From contig JAZKZE010000115.1 in the NCBI GenBank assembly GCA_045612485.1, forward strand, positions 3,524 to 67,523: a stretch of 64,000 bases of DNA, read 5' to 3'. Shown here piece by piece: positions 1 to 8,846 of this stretch. Under the pieces are notes generated by a model, which was given only the letters and a program-made list of their open reading frames with translations, had not been told where the DNA came from and searched no databases. Each line of letters begins with the position of its first letter. Position 1 is the stretch's first letter. The position numbers were made by a program, and so were the translations under genes. The DNA is from Victivallales bacterium (GTDB lineage: Bacteria > Verrucomicrobiota > Lentisphaeria > Victivallales > UBA1829).

Positions 1-164
1 CTCTTTTTTCAAATATTTTTTCCGGAAATATGTTTGTAAAAAGCAATAAAAGGTATATAGTAAACCTCATATTTATTTCAGAGATGATTTCAGAAAAATA
101 AAAGCGGTCAGAAAAAGATTTTTCTGCGGAATACTTTTGAGATCACCTCTCCGGAGAGGATAAA

Positions 165-1538
165 ATGAGTACGGATAAAAAATATGAGATGGATATGTGC
201 CATGGACCGCTGTTCAGCAAGGTGCTGCATTTTTCCGTCCCGCTGATCCTTTCCAATCTTGCCGCATTGCTTTTTACTGCCGCTGATCTGGTAATTCTGG
301 GGCAGTTTACCACTTCTGATGATATGGCGGCAGTGGGTGCCTCCTGCGGTTTTATTGTCCTGATGCTCAATCTTTTCTGGGGGATCGCCGCCGGAGTGAA
401 TGTGCTTGCCGCCCGTTATACCGGGGCGAAAGATCCGGAAAAGGTATCGAAAACAGTCCATACGTCCATTGCAGTTGCGGCTGTGGGCGGAATCATTATG
501 GGGATCATAAGTTATCTTCTTACCGATCCCATTCTGCGTATTATGGCAACGCCGGAAAAGATTATGGACAAGGCAAGACTCTATTTGCAGATCTCCTGTA
601 CGGGTGTGCCTTTCATGATCCTTTACAGTTTCGGCAGTTCCATCATCCGGGCGGTGGGGGATACAAAAAGACCGCTCATTTATATGATCATATCCGGGAT
701 AGCCAATGTGCTTCTCAATCTTTTCTTCATCCTTGTGCTGAAAATGGATGTTGCCGGGGTTGCCATAGCCACCCAGGCGGCACATTTTATTTCTGCATTT
801 CTGGTTCTGCGGGCTTTGGTGAAGTCGGAGGAAGATTATAAACTTGTCTGGAAAAAGATCCGTATTGACTGGAAGAGTTTCAAGGAGATGATGCAGATCG
901 GTATTCCTGCCGGATTTCAGGGTTCCATGTTTTCCATATCCAATATGGGAATACAATCCACGATCAATACTTTCGGCCCTGACGCCATTGCCGGGAATAC
1001 CGCTGCCAATAATCTGGAAGGACTGGTTTATGCTGTATGTTATTCCTTCTATTTTGCCGCCATAAGTTTTGCCGGACAGAATCATGGCGGAAAACAGTAT
1101 AAAAGGATCATAAAAAGCATATTTATCTGCATGCTGTATTCTGCAGTGGGGACCGTTCTTCTGGGATGGGCTTTTATTTTTTTCGGAAAAGAACTTCTTG
1201 CCATATACACCCCGGATCCGGAAGCGGTGAAATGGGGATTCATCCGCGTGAAAATGATTTTTGCTCTTTATATCATGTGCGGCATCATGGATGTTATATC
1301 CGGTGCCCTGAGGGGATTGGGACATTCTCTGAAGCCTGCCATCGTGATCGTTTTCTGGGTCTGTATATTCCGTATAATATGGATCTTTACGGTATTTCCC
1401 CTCAAGCCCACTCTGGAAACGCTTTTGCTGGTGTATCCTGTATCCTGGATCATGGTATGTCTGTTCAACGGGGTGATGCTTTATATCGTATGCCGTAAAA
1501 TGCTGGTGAATGCAAGCAAACGGCTGTTTGACAAATAG
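165..1538 (+). CDS. MATE family efflux transporter (paralog 1 of 3)
   Basis: 457-aa highly hydrophobic multi-TM ORF typical of MatE transporters. GGAGAGG lies upstream of the ATG. Its N-terminus ([19 protein letters not shown]) is shared with the next two genes. Confidence 0.9.
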   Translation: MSTDKKYEMDMCHGPLFSKVLHFSVPLILSNLAALLFTAADLVILGQFTTSDDMAAVGASCGFIVLMLNLFWGIAAGVNVLAARYTGAKDPEKVSKTVHTSIAVAAVGGIIMGIISYLLTDPILRIMATPEKIMDKARLYLQISCTGVPFMILYSFGSSIIRAVGDTKRPLIYMIISGIANVLLNLFFILVLKMDVAGVAIATQAAHFISAFLVLRALVKSEEDYKLVWKKIRIDWKSFKEMMQIGIPAGFQGSMFSISNMGIQSTINTFGPDAIAGNTAANNLEGLVYAVCYSFYFAAISFAGQNHGGKQYKRIIKSIFICMLYSAVGTVLLGWAFIFFGKELLAIYTPDPEAVKWGFIRVKMIFALYIMCGIMDVISGALRGLGHSLKPAIVIVFWVCIFRIIWIFTVFPLKPTLETLLLVYPVSWIMVCLFNGVMLYIVCRKMLVNASKRLFDK

Positions 1539-1553
1539 CGGGTGGAAATAAAA

Positions 1554-2927
1554 ATGAGTACAGAAAAAAAATATGCAATGGATATGTGTCATGGACCGCT
1601 TTTCAGCAAGGTATTGCGTTATTCACTTCCGCTGATCCTTTCCAATCTTGCCGCATTGCTGTTTCATGCTACCGACCTTGTTGTACTGGGGCAGTTCACC
1701 ACTTCCGACGATATGGCGGCAGTGGGGGCTACCAGCGGATTTATCCTTCTTATGCTCAATCTTTTCTGGGGCGTTTCCACGGGAGTAAATGTACTGACCG
1801 CCCGTTATACCGGAGCGAATGATCCGGAAAATGTATCAAAAACCGTCCATACTGCTATTGTCGTTGCGGCTCTTGGCGGGATCATTATGGGGGGGATAAG
1901 TTATCTTCTTACCGATCCCATTCTGCATCTCATGGCAACACCGGAAAAGATCATGGACAAGGCAAGACTGTATATGCGTCTTTCCTGTGCCGGGGTGCCC
2001 TTTATTATTTTTTACAGTTTCGGAAGTGCTGTCGTCCGGGCAGTGGGGGATACAAAACGGCCGCTTATCTATATGATCGTTTCCGGTATCATCAATGTTT
2101 TTCTCAATCTCTTTTTCATCCTTGTTCTGAAAATGGATGTTGCCGGAGTTGCCATAGCCACCCAGGTGGCTCATTTGATTTCCGCCTTTCTTATTTTGCG
2201 GGCATTGATAAGATCCAATGAGTCATATAAACTTGTCTGGAGAAAGATCTGTATTGACTGGAAGAGTCTGAAGGAGATGCTGCAAATCGGTATTCCTGCC
2301 GGGGTGCAGGGGTCTATGTTCACCATTGCCAATATGGCGATACAGGCTACCATCAATACATTCGGACCTGCCGCCATTGCCGGAAGTACCGCCGCTGTCA
2401 GTCTGGAAGGAACTGTCCATACGGTTTGCGCCACATTCTACCTTACAAGTATAAGTTTTGCAGGACAGAATCACGGCGGTAAAAAATATAAAAGGATCGT
2501 AAAAAGCATCTTTATATGTGCCGTCTGCTCTGCGGTGGGGATCGCGGTAATGGGATGGACTTTCATCCTTTTCGGTAAACAGCTTCTTGGCGTATATAAT
2601 CCGGATCCGGAGGTCATCCAATGGGGATTCATCCGTGTAAAAATGGTACTTTCCCTTTACTTCCTCTGCGGTGTCATGGATGTTATTTCCGGGGCGTTGA
2701 GAGGTTTGGGACACTCTTTGAAGCCCGCCATAGTCATCGTATTCGGTGTTTGCGTGTTCCGTATGATCTGGATCTTTACTGTATTCCGGCATGATCCTAC
2801 ACTGGAAACGCTTTTTATCGTTTATCCGGTATCATGGATTTTGATTTGCCTTATCAATGGTACAATGCTTTATGTTGTATGCCGTAAAATGCTGAAAAAT
2901 GCAAGCAGACGGTTGTTTGACAAATAA
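1554..2927 (+). CDS. MATE family efflux transporter (paralog 2 of 3)
   Basis: The ORF opens at GTG 1542, but ATG 1554 ([19 protein letters not shown]) aligns with the paralog 1 start. By eye it is very similar to paralog 1 along its whole length. Confidence 0.9.
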   Translation: MSTEKKYAMDMCHGPLFSKVLRYSLPLILSNLAALLFHATDLVVLGQFTTSDDMAAVGATSGFILLMLNLFWGVSTGVNVLTARYTGANDPENVSKTVHTAIVVAALGGIIMGGISYLLTDPILHLMATPEKIMDKARLYMRLSCAGVPFIIFYSFGSAVVRAVGDTKRPLIYMIVSGIINVFLNLFFILVLKMDVAGVAIATQVAHLISAFLILRALIRSNESYKLVWRKICIDWKSLKEMLQIGIPAGVQGSMFTIANMAIQATINTFGPAAIAGSTAAVSLEGTVHTVCATFYLTSISFAGQNHGGKKYKRIVKSIFICAVCSAVGIAVMGWTFILFGKQLLGVYNPDPEVIQWGFIRVKMVLSLYFLCGVMDVISGALRGLGHSLKPAIVIVFGVCVFRMIWIFTVFRHDPTLETLFIVYPVSWILICLINGTMLYVVCRKMLKNASRRLFDK

Positions 2928-2944
2928 ATAGGAAAGGAATGAAA

Positions 2945-4336
2945 ATGAGTAACGGAAAAAGGTACAAGATGGATATGTGTCACGGACCGCTTTTCAGCAA
3001 GATCGTCCGTCTTGCAGTACCTCTGGCAATGGCAAATGCTCTTGCTTTGATGTTTCATGCGGCAGACTTGATGGTGCTGGGGCATTTTGCCTCTTCCGAC
3101 GCTATGGCGGCAGTGGGGGCGGCTCCCTCTTTTACCACTTTGATGCTCAATCTTTTCTGGGGGATCGGTTCCGGGGTGAATGTACTTGTTGCCCGTTATA
3201 CCGGGGCAAAGGATAAACTGCATCTGGAAAAAACCATCCATACGGCGATCACCGTTGCCATTGCCGGCGGGATCATCCTTGCTGTTGGCGGCTGTTTTAT
3301 CACGAAGCCTGTTTTGCGTTTTATGGAAGTTCCTGACGTGATTTTTGATAAAGCCTGTCTTTATCTGTGGATCTGGTGTCTGGGGTCGCCTTTTATGATC
3401 CTTTACAGTTTCGGCAGTGCCATCCTCCGGGCGATCGGGGATACAAAGAGGCCGCTTATCTATATGATCATTGCCGGAGTGACCAATGTATTATTGAATC
3501 TCTTTTTTGTTACTGTATGTAAAATGGATGTTGCCGGAGTTGCCATTGCCACAAAGATCTCCAATGCGGTTTCCGCCATTCTTGTACTTATCGCCCTTAC
3601 CCGCAGTAAGGAAGATTATCAACTCATTTGGAAAAAACTCACATTCTACTGGCCCGTATTCAAAGAGATGTTGCGTATCGGTATTCCGGCAGGGATACAG
3701 GGGGCGTTGTTCTCTCTTTCCAATATGATCATTCAGGGGACCATCAACTCTTTCGGTCCTGCTGCCATTGCCGGAAGTACGGCGGGATTGAGTCTGGAAG
3801 GGATCGTTCATGCCGGAGCGACGGCTTTTGCATTGGCGGCAATGAGTTTTGTGGGACAGAATCACGGGGGCAGACAGTATAAGAGGATTATGAAAAGTAT
3901 TTATATATGTCTGGGGTGTTCCTGCGGGGTGATGATCGCAGGCGGCGGTATCATTCTGGCATTCCATACCCAATTTCTTTCCATTTTCAATCCTGATCCG
4001 GAAGTGATCAGATGGGGGTCGATCCGGCTTTTCTGTCAGTTGTCTTTCTATCCTCTGCTTGCTGTAATGGAGGTGCAGAATTCTTCTCTGCGGGGACTTG
4101 GGTACTCATTCTGGCCTATGGTCATTACTCTTATGGGGGCATGTGTTTTCCGGGTGATTTGGGTATTTACCATCTTCCCCCATTACAAAACTATGGAAAA
4201 TCTGATGATCTCCTATCCGGTTTCCTGGACTCTCATCTGTCTGGTCAACGGAGCATTGCTTATCTGTATCTGCCGCAGGATGCTTATACGGGCAAGCAAA
4301 CGGCAGTTTGATTTACTGACAGTAAAGAAAAGTTGA
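2945..4336 (+). CDS. MATE family efflux transporter (paralog 3 of 3, more diverged)
   Basis: Multi-TM ORF. ATG 2939 or 2945 could be the start; 2945 ([19 protein letters not shown]) matches the paralog N-termini and sits about 6 nt after AGGAAAGGA. Confidence 0.88.
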   Translation: MSNGKRYKMDMCHGPLFSKIVRLAVPLAMANALALMFHAADLMVLGHFASSDAMAAVGAAPSFTTLMLNLFWGIGSGVNVLVARYTGAKDKLHLEKTIHTAITVAIAGGIILAVGGCFITKPVLRFMEVPDVIFDKACLYLWIWCLGSPFMILYSFGSAILRAIGDTKRPLIYMIIAGVTNVLLNLFFVTVCKMDVAGVAIATKISNAVSAILVLIALTRSKEDYQLIWKKLTFYWPVFKEMLRIGIPAGIQGALFSLSNMIIQGTINSFGPAAIAGSTAGLSLEGIVHAGATAFALAAMSFVGQNHGGRQYKRIMKSIYICLGCSCGVMIAGGGIILAFHTQFLSIFNPDPEVIRWGSIRLFCQLSFYPLLAVMEVQNSSLRGLGYSFWPMVITLMGACVFRVIWVFTIFPHYKTMENLMISYPVSWTLICLVNGALLICICRRMLIRASKRQFDLLTVKKS

Positions 4337-4349
4337 AGAAGTCTGTTTT

Positions 4350-4631
4350 ATGAAAAAAGAAGAAAATATCCCCTGCCGGGAAAATTGCGGAGCGTGTTGT
4401 ATAGCTCCTTCCATATCTTCCCCCATACCCGGAATGCCTCATGGTAAAAAGGCAGGGGAAAAGTGTATCCATCTGGATGAAAATATGCGCTGCCGGATCT
4501 TTCACGATCCTGCCAGACCGAAGGTATGCGGTTCTCTGAAACCTTCTGCGGAAATGTGCGGAAAATCCCGTCAGGAGGCAATGGATTTCCTTGCGGAACT
4601 GGAAAGACTCACAGCTCCGCAGGAAAAGTAA
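4350..4631 (+). CDS. YkgJ-family cysteine-cluster (CxxCxxCC) protein
   Basis: 93 aa with a CRENCGACC motif plus downstream Cys residues (CIHLD, CRIF, CGS), characteristic of the YkgJ/UPF0153 zinc- or iron-chelating family. Confidence 0.75.
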   Translation: MKKEENIPCRENCGACCIAPSISSPIPGMPHGKKAGEKCIHLDENMRCRIFHDPARPKVCGSLKPSAEMCGKSRQEAMDFLAELERLTAPQEK

Positions 4632-4639
4632 GAAGGATA

Positions 4640-5392
4640 TCAGTGGAAATTCATTCCGCCATTGATGTCAAGACATGCTCCAGTCATGTAATTGCCGCCT
4701 TCACCGGAAAGATAGACCGCTGCAAGTCCCACATCTTTGACTTTGCCCAGTCCCAGGGGAACATTGGATGCCAGATGTGCCACACCTTCTTCTCCGTGGG
4801 TCTGGAAAAGCAGTTCTGTTTCCACGATCCCCGGAACGATGGCATTGCAGGTGATATTGTAAGGTGCCCCTGTACGGGCAATGGTACGGGTGAAGGAGAG
4901 TATGCCTCCTTTGGTTGCCGCATAGTGGCAGTGACCGTAAAGTGCGCCGCGGTGGGCTACCATACTGCTTATATTGATAATACGGCCGTATTTCTGATCC
5001 CGCATCATCTCCATTGCTTTTTTGGTACAGAGGAAAAGACTTTTGAGATTGGTCTTGATGATGAAATCCCAGTCATCTTCGCTGGTTTCAAAAATATCCT
5101 GTGCTTTGGTGGTACCGGCATTGTTTACAAGAATATCCAGTCTGCCGTATTTTTCTTTGATGAAGTCAAAAAGTTTTTTCACATCTTCCGTTTCGGAAAC
5201 ATCCGCACCGAAGGCGACAGCTTTGCCGTTATTGCTGATGATCTCATCGACCACACGATCGGCTTCTTGTTTACCGGAACGGTAATTGACAATGACCTCA
5301 GCTCTGGCTTTTGCCAGTTCCAGTGCTATTCCTTTTCCCAGGCCCCGGGAGGCTCCCGTTACGAGAGCGATTTTTCCTGTAAGTGAATCCAT
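4640..5392 (-). CDS. SDR family oxidoreductase, FabG-like 3-oxoacyl reductase
   Basis: TGASRGLGKG Rossmann motif, NNAG, and a catalytic Ser with YAATK (YxxxK); 250 aa. Confidence 0.9.
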   Translation of the reverse strand: MDSLTGKIALVTGASRGLGKGIALELAKARAEVIVNYRSGKQEADRVVDEIISNNGKAVAFGADVSETEDVKKLFDFIKEKYGRLDILVNNAGTTKAQDIFETSEDDWDFIIKTNLKSLFLCTKKAMEMMRDQKYGRIINISSMVAHRGALYGHCHYAATKGGILSFTRTIARTGAPYNITCNAIVPGIVETELLFQTHGEEGVAHLASNVPLGLGKVKDVGLAAVYLSGEGGNYMTGACLDINGGMNFH

Positions 5393-5705
5393 AAATCATA
5401 ACCTCCATATTCTGATTGTTCTTTACTATAGTTCTGAAAGGAAATTTTTTCAAGCCCCGGTATGGAAAAAGCTGTATTGCTGTTCCATAAAACGGAGCAA
5501 TATATTTGTCATTGCCTGTACTGCTTCCGGAACAGGCGGATCCATTGCGGTAATATAAAATTTTCTGTTTTCCAAACAGGGAAAAACTCCTGTGATCATA
5601 GTATTATCCGGAACAATATGGAAATATAATAAAAATGTATTTGCTTTTTTTGAAAAATGTGCTATTTTTCCCTTATCTTACAAGTACAAGAAAGGAGTTC
5701 TGTTT

Positions 5706-5906
5706 ATGAAAAAGATGTTTTTATTTGCTGTTTCTTTGTGTTTGCTGCTGGTTTTTTCTGTTGCCTGCCACCACAGACCGCATCACAGAAAACCCCCGGT
5801 TCCCCCGCGTCACGGAGTACGGCCAGCACCTCCCCTGCATCATAAGGCAGTTCCAGCACCTCCCCGGCATACCGGAAAAGCCAAATATTATGGGGCGAAG
5901 CGGTAA
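5706..5906 (+). CDS. small His/Pro/Arg-rich putative lipoprotein
   Basis: AGGAG lies 9 nt upstream of ATG 5706. The signal peptide MKKMFLFAVSLCLLLVFSVAC has a lipobox-like Cys. The mature part is HHRPHHRKPPVPPRHGVRPAPPLHHKAVPAPPRH. Confidence 0.55.
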   Translation: MKKMFLFAVSLCLLLVFSVACHHRPHHRKPPVPPRHGVRPAPPLHHKAVPAPPRHTGKAKYYGAKR

Positions 5907-5964
5907 GAAAAAACTTTTTTCCTGAAAAAAAAAGAAAAAAAAGTTTGAAAAAAGAAAAAAATGC

Positions 5965-5993
5965 TTGACTATTGGTTATGCAAGATATATATT
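5965..5993 (+). promoter_or_regulatory. sigma70-type promoter (TTGACT-17-TATATT) with an upstream A-tract region
   Basis: TTGACT at 5965-5970, a 17-nt spacer, TATATT at 5988-5993. Preceded by long A-runs (5921-5960) and about 90 nt upstream of ATG 6085. Confidence 0.6.
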
Positions 5994-6084
5994 ACACCAG
6001 ATTAAGGCATTGTAAAATGATTGCAATTGAAAAATAACTGTACAGTTTACTTTGTGTAACGTACGAAAAAGAAAGGAATTTATC

Positions 6085-6333
6085 ATGTGTGACAAAAAAG
6101 AAATCTATGCAGACGGTATCGGTCAGATCCACTTCGCAGGAGGCATGGTTCGCTATGACTTCGTTTCTCTTCAGCCCGAAGAAGACGGCAAAGCTCCCAC
6201 CCCCAAAGCCAATGTCCGTATCGTAATGCCTCCCCAGGGCTTCCTTGCTGCTTACAACAGCATGCAGCAGCTTATCGACAAACTTCTTGAAGCCGGTGTT
6301 CTTCAGAAGAATGACGCTGCCAAGAAAAAATAA
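6085..6333 (+). CDS. small cytoplasmic protein of unknown function (possibly DUF3467-like)
   Basis: 82 aa with GAAAGGA as SD. Codon choice is extreme (6 GAC/0 GAT, 3 TTC/0 TTT, 5 ATC/0 ATT, all Leu = CTT), unlike neighbouring genes. Flanked by a near-consensus promoter and a strong terminator. The family guess rests only on the pattern Y-A-x-G...F..DF...P...V-R-I-V-M-P. Confidence 0.8.
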   Translation: MCDKKEIYADGIGQIHFAGGMVRYDFVSLQPEEDGKAPTPKANVRIVMPPQGFLAAYNSMQQLIDKLLEAGVLQKNDAAKKK

Positions 6334-6358
6334 GCGTAAGTTTTATTTTACGGAAAAA

Positions 6359-6403
6359 GGGGCTGTTGCAAAACCTCAAAAAAGGTGAGCAACAGCCTTT
6401 TTT
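6359..6403 (+). terminator. rho-independent terminator
   Basis: GGCTGTTGC (6361-6369) pairs with GCAACAGCC (6389-6397), followed by T6. Confidence 0.8.
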
Positions 6404-6495
6404 ATTGTTTGAGCTGAATATTGGAGGTATAACAGGTCATAACAGGGGAGAATTATACCTTGTTTTATAAATACACAAGGCTATTTATTCCATTG

Positions 6496-6808
6496 CTCAA
6501 ACATTGTGTTTGAGGGAACTGGATTTTTGATCGTTTATAAAAAAAGTTGGAATTGTTTTTATCGTGACGATAAAAGCAATTCCGTCAAAAGTTTTTGGAA
6601 GATGGGGAGCGGGGAAGAGAACCTTTTTTCAAAAAGGTGTCTTCCCCGCAAAACATTTTTGCAACAGCCCCTTTTTTTTCTGCTTTGCACGGCTTGATAA
6701 AAATGGGTAGCAGAAAATGTGATTTTCTGCCCTTCGGCTCCCTTGGAGCCTTGTTAAGTCCCGCGCTGCGTACCATTCAAAAAGGGCGTATTGCAAAAAA
6801 AAATGCAA
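6496..6808. other. non-coding tract containing seven consecutive distinct hairpins
   Basis: Hairpins read directly from the sequence: 6496-6514 (8 bp), 6549-6582 (16 bp), 6610-6648, 6648-6662, 6710-6730 (9 bp), 6736-6750, 6791-6808. There is no convincing ORF. Confidence 0.6.
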
Positions 6809-6831
6809 CACACCCTTTTCTATCCGTACTT

Positions 6832-7263
6832 TTAATATTCCTTCATGGCGTCAGCCGAAAAAATTGCTTTTCTATCTCCGGGGATCTCTGAGGCAAAAGA
6901 GATGCCACTTCCGGAACATTTGAGCGGGGTATCGGCAAGGATGAATCTACTCTGGGCAAGATCATTGAGGAAGGTGATACATTCTTTGTAGGATTCCCTG
7001 ATCTTTTCCGGAACATTATTACCGGGACCGCGTTTGTATAATTCATATTCTGCAATGCGTAAGGTCCATTCTGTAATGAGGGGATTATCCGTAAGGGGGA
7101 CATTGTAGCGGATGCAGGCATAATTATTTACAAAACTTTCTGCTCTGGCAATGATCTCGTCAAGGAGTTTTATAAGGTTTTCGCCTGTTTTTCCGGAAAG
7201 ATTTTCCAGAACAGGACGTGTAAGACGGTTTTCCAGATCTTGCTTCTGAATATAATTTCCCAT
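6832..7263 (-). CDS. Mu gp36-like protein (DUF1320 family)
   Basis: 143 aa. The pattern Y..QDL......L..L...(30 aa)...ARAESFVNNYACIRYNVPL....L.EWTLRIAEYELYKR is typical of the DUF1320/Mu gp36 family. Confidence 0.8.
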   Translation of the reverse strand: MGNYIQKQDLENRLTRPVLENLSGKTGENLIKLLDEIIARAESFVNNYACIRYNVPLTDNPLITEWTLRIAEYELYKRGPGNNVPEKIRESYKECITFLNDLAQSRFILADTPLKCSGSGISFASEIPGDRKAIFSADAMKEY

Positions 7264-7342
7264 GGTTTCCTTTCTTTAGTATGCAATATAAGAAAAATCT
7301 CTCCGGACCGGGGTGGAATGTCCGGAGAGGAAAGGTGAAGAC

Positions 7343-8260
7343 TTACTCTTTGCTTCCGCCCTGATAGATCAGATGGGGGAAGGCGGTGAAGGAGGCGCCT
7401 CTGGCATTGGTGCCGTAAATGTATTCTTTATTCTTGAATACATTTTCATCCCCTTCTGAATCCAGACGGATGAGAGAAGGCATTTTCCGCTGCTGGATAA
7501 AGACAGGTTTGAGAACTCCGTCTGTTGCGGCAAGATACCAGTTATCCTCGTATTCGCCGGAAAGTTCGGGAAGTACCAGAAGTTCCGCGCTTCCGTTCCA
7601 GGGATTATCCGTTGCGGCAACCCCGGAAACATTTCCCTCATTGACTGTATGAAGAGTAAGACGGTCTTTCAGAATACTGAAAGCTGTTTCTTCATTTTTG
7701 GGACCGACAATAAGAAGATTAGGGATGATCCCCAGGTTTCTGCCGGAATGACCTTTATAATTCATCATGGTCATACGGGCGGAGGCGTAGGCAGAGGCGG
7801 AAAGAGGGGCGGAGGACTGATTGCAGATCACATTTTCCCCGTAAAGACGGCTGGAAGAGAAAAATTTCAGATCGTCCGCCCAGACCTGGTTGCTTACCAG
7901 AGCTTCCACGGCAAGATCGTGCCATAATCTTGCCGCATGGCAGCCCATCTGTGCAATGAGGGTGGAATAGATCCCGTACTGATCGTCTTCAATGTCATTT
8001 CCGGGAACGGCAATGGTTTCTTCAAAATCCCGGTTGAGGACTTCCAGTTTCCTGGTGGCGAGATCTTTGATGACTCTTTCGCCGATCCATTCTCTCATGC
8101 CGCCGAACTGTTCCAGGAAGGGGTAAACGTTGGAGGCACTTCCGGAGGGGATCACAGAACAGAATTTCTGCCAGGAAGCCGGGACTTTTTCCAGCCCCTG
8201 AAGAAAACTTGTGTTGAAGCCCTGAAAAAGTACATCCATGGTTTTACGGTTGATATCCAT
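7343..8260 (-). CDS. Mu-like major head subunit (gpT family)
   Basis: 305 aa. The N-terminus MDINRKTMDVLFQGFNTSFLQG...YPFLEQFGGMREWIGERV is characteristic of gpT-type capsid proteins. Confidence 0.9.
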   Translation of the reverse strand: MDINRKTMDVLFQGFNTSFLQGLEKVPASWQKFCSVIPSGSASNVYPFLEQFGGMREWIGERVIKDLATRKLEVLNRDFEETIAVPGNDIEDDQYGIYSTLIAQMGCHAARLWHDLAVEALVSNQVWADDLKFFSSSRLYGENVICNQSSAPLSASAYASARMTMMNYKGHSGRNLGIIPNLLIVGPKNEETAFSILKDRLTLHTVNEGNVSGVAATDNPWNGSAELLVLPELSGEYEDNWYLAATDGVLKPVFIQQRKMPSLIRLDSEGDENVFKNKEYIYGTNARGASFTAFPHLIYQGGSKE

Positions 8261-8314
8261 ATTTTATCCTTTCTTTTTTATGATTCTGTATGGAGAGTAA
8301 GTGTGTGTCTGATT

Positions 8315-8740
8315 TTATGCTCCGGCAAGGACAAGATTGCCCACTTCCACAATGAGAAGTCCGTCGGAATCGATCTCCCGGAGAACGCCTGCGGGGATTC
8401 TGTTTGTGCCGCCGTTTTTGCCAACGGTGTGGTCATCCACCACATAAACGATGTGATTGATGTCCTGTTCGCCAAGTTTTTCTCCTTCCGTACCGTTATC
8501 GTACTTGAACATTCCGGATTTGATAATGATCCTGCCGTCTGCGGCAAATCCTTCGGCTCTGCCGAGAACGATAAGTCCGGGGGAGTCGGAGGCATTCTGT
8601 GCCATTCCGGTAAGGGGATCTACGGCGGCGATAGCTCCGGTGAAAATTGTGCTGCCTGTTTTGATTTTTCTGATCCTGCGGAACTTCTGGGAGTGACAGA
8701 GAATCTCCGGGGTGTTTCTGTTTGCAGTAAGTGCTGCCAT
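8315..8740 (-). CDS. small phage head-associated protein (position of a decoration/DUF2190-like protein)
   Basis: Start taken at the internal ATG 8740 (MAALTANRN...), preceded by a GGAAAGG-like SD. It lies between the gpI and gpT genes. Function is inferred from position only. Confidence 0.55.
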   Translation of the reverse strand: MAALTANRNTPEILCHSQKFRRIRKIKTGSTIFTGAIAAVDPLTGMAQNASDSPGLIVLGRAEGFAADGRIIIKSGMFKYDNGTEGEKLGEQDINHIVYVVDDHTVGKNGGTNRIPAGVLREIDSDGLLIVEVGNLVLAGA

Positions 8741-8846
8741 GATTTTTTCCTTTCCAGCAGAGTGATGATCTGCTTTTTTCTTGTTGAAAGACAGAATATT
8801 TCTGTCTTTATGTTTTTGGTCAGAGAATTTTTTTGAGAATTGCTTT

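Noticed and set aside
6506-6891. Several 60-98-aa ORFs on both strands within the hairpin-dense tract.
   Set aside because: They overlap one another and are built from the palindromic hairpin sequences. They have no SDs and no protein-like composition.
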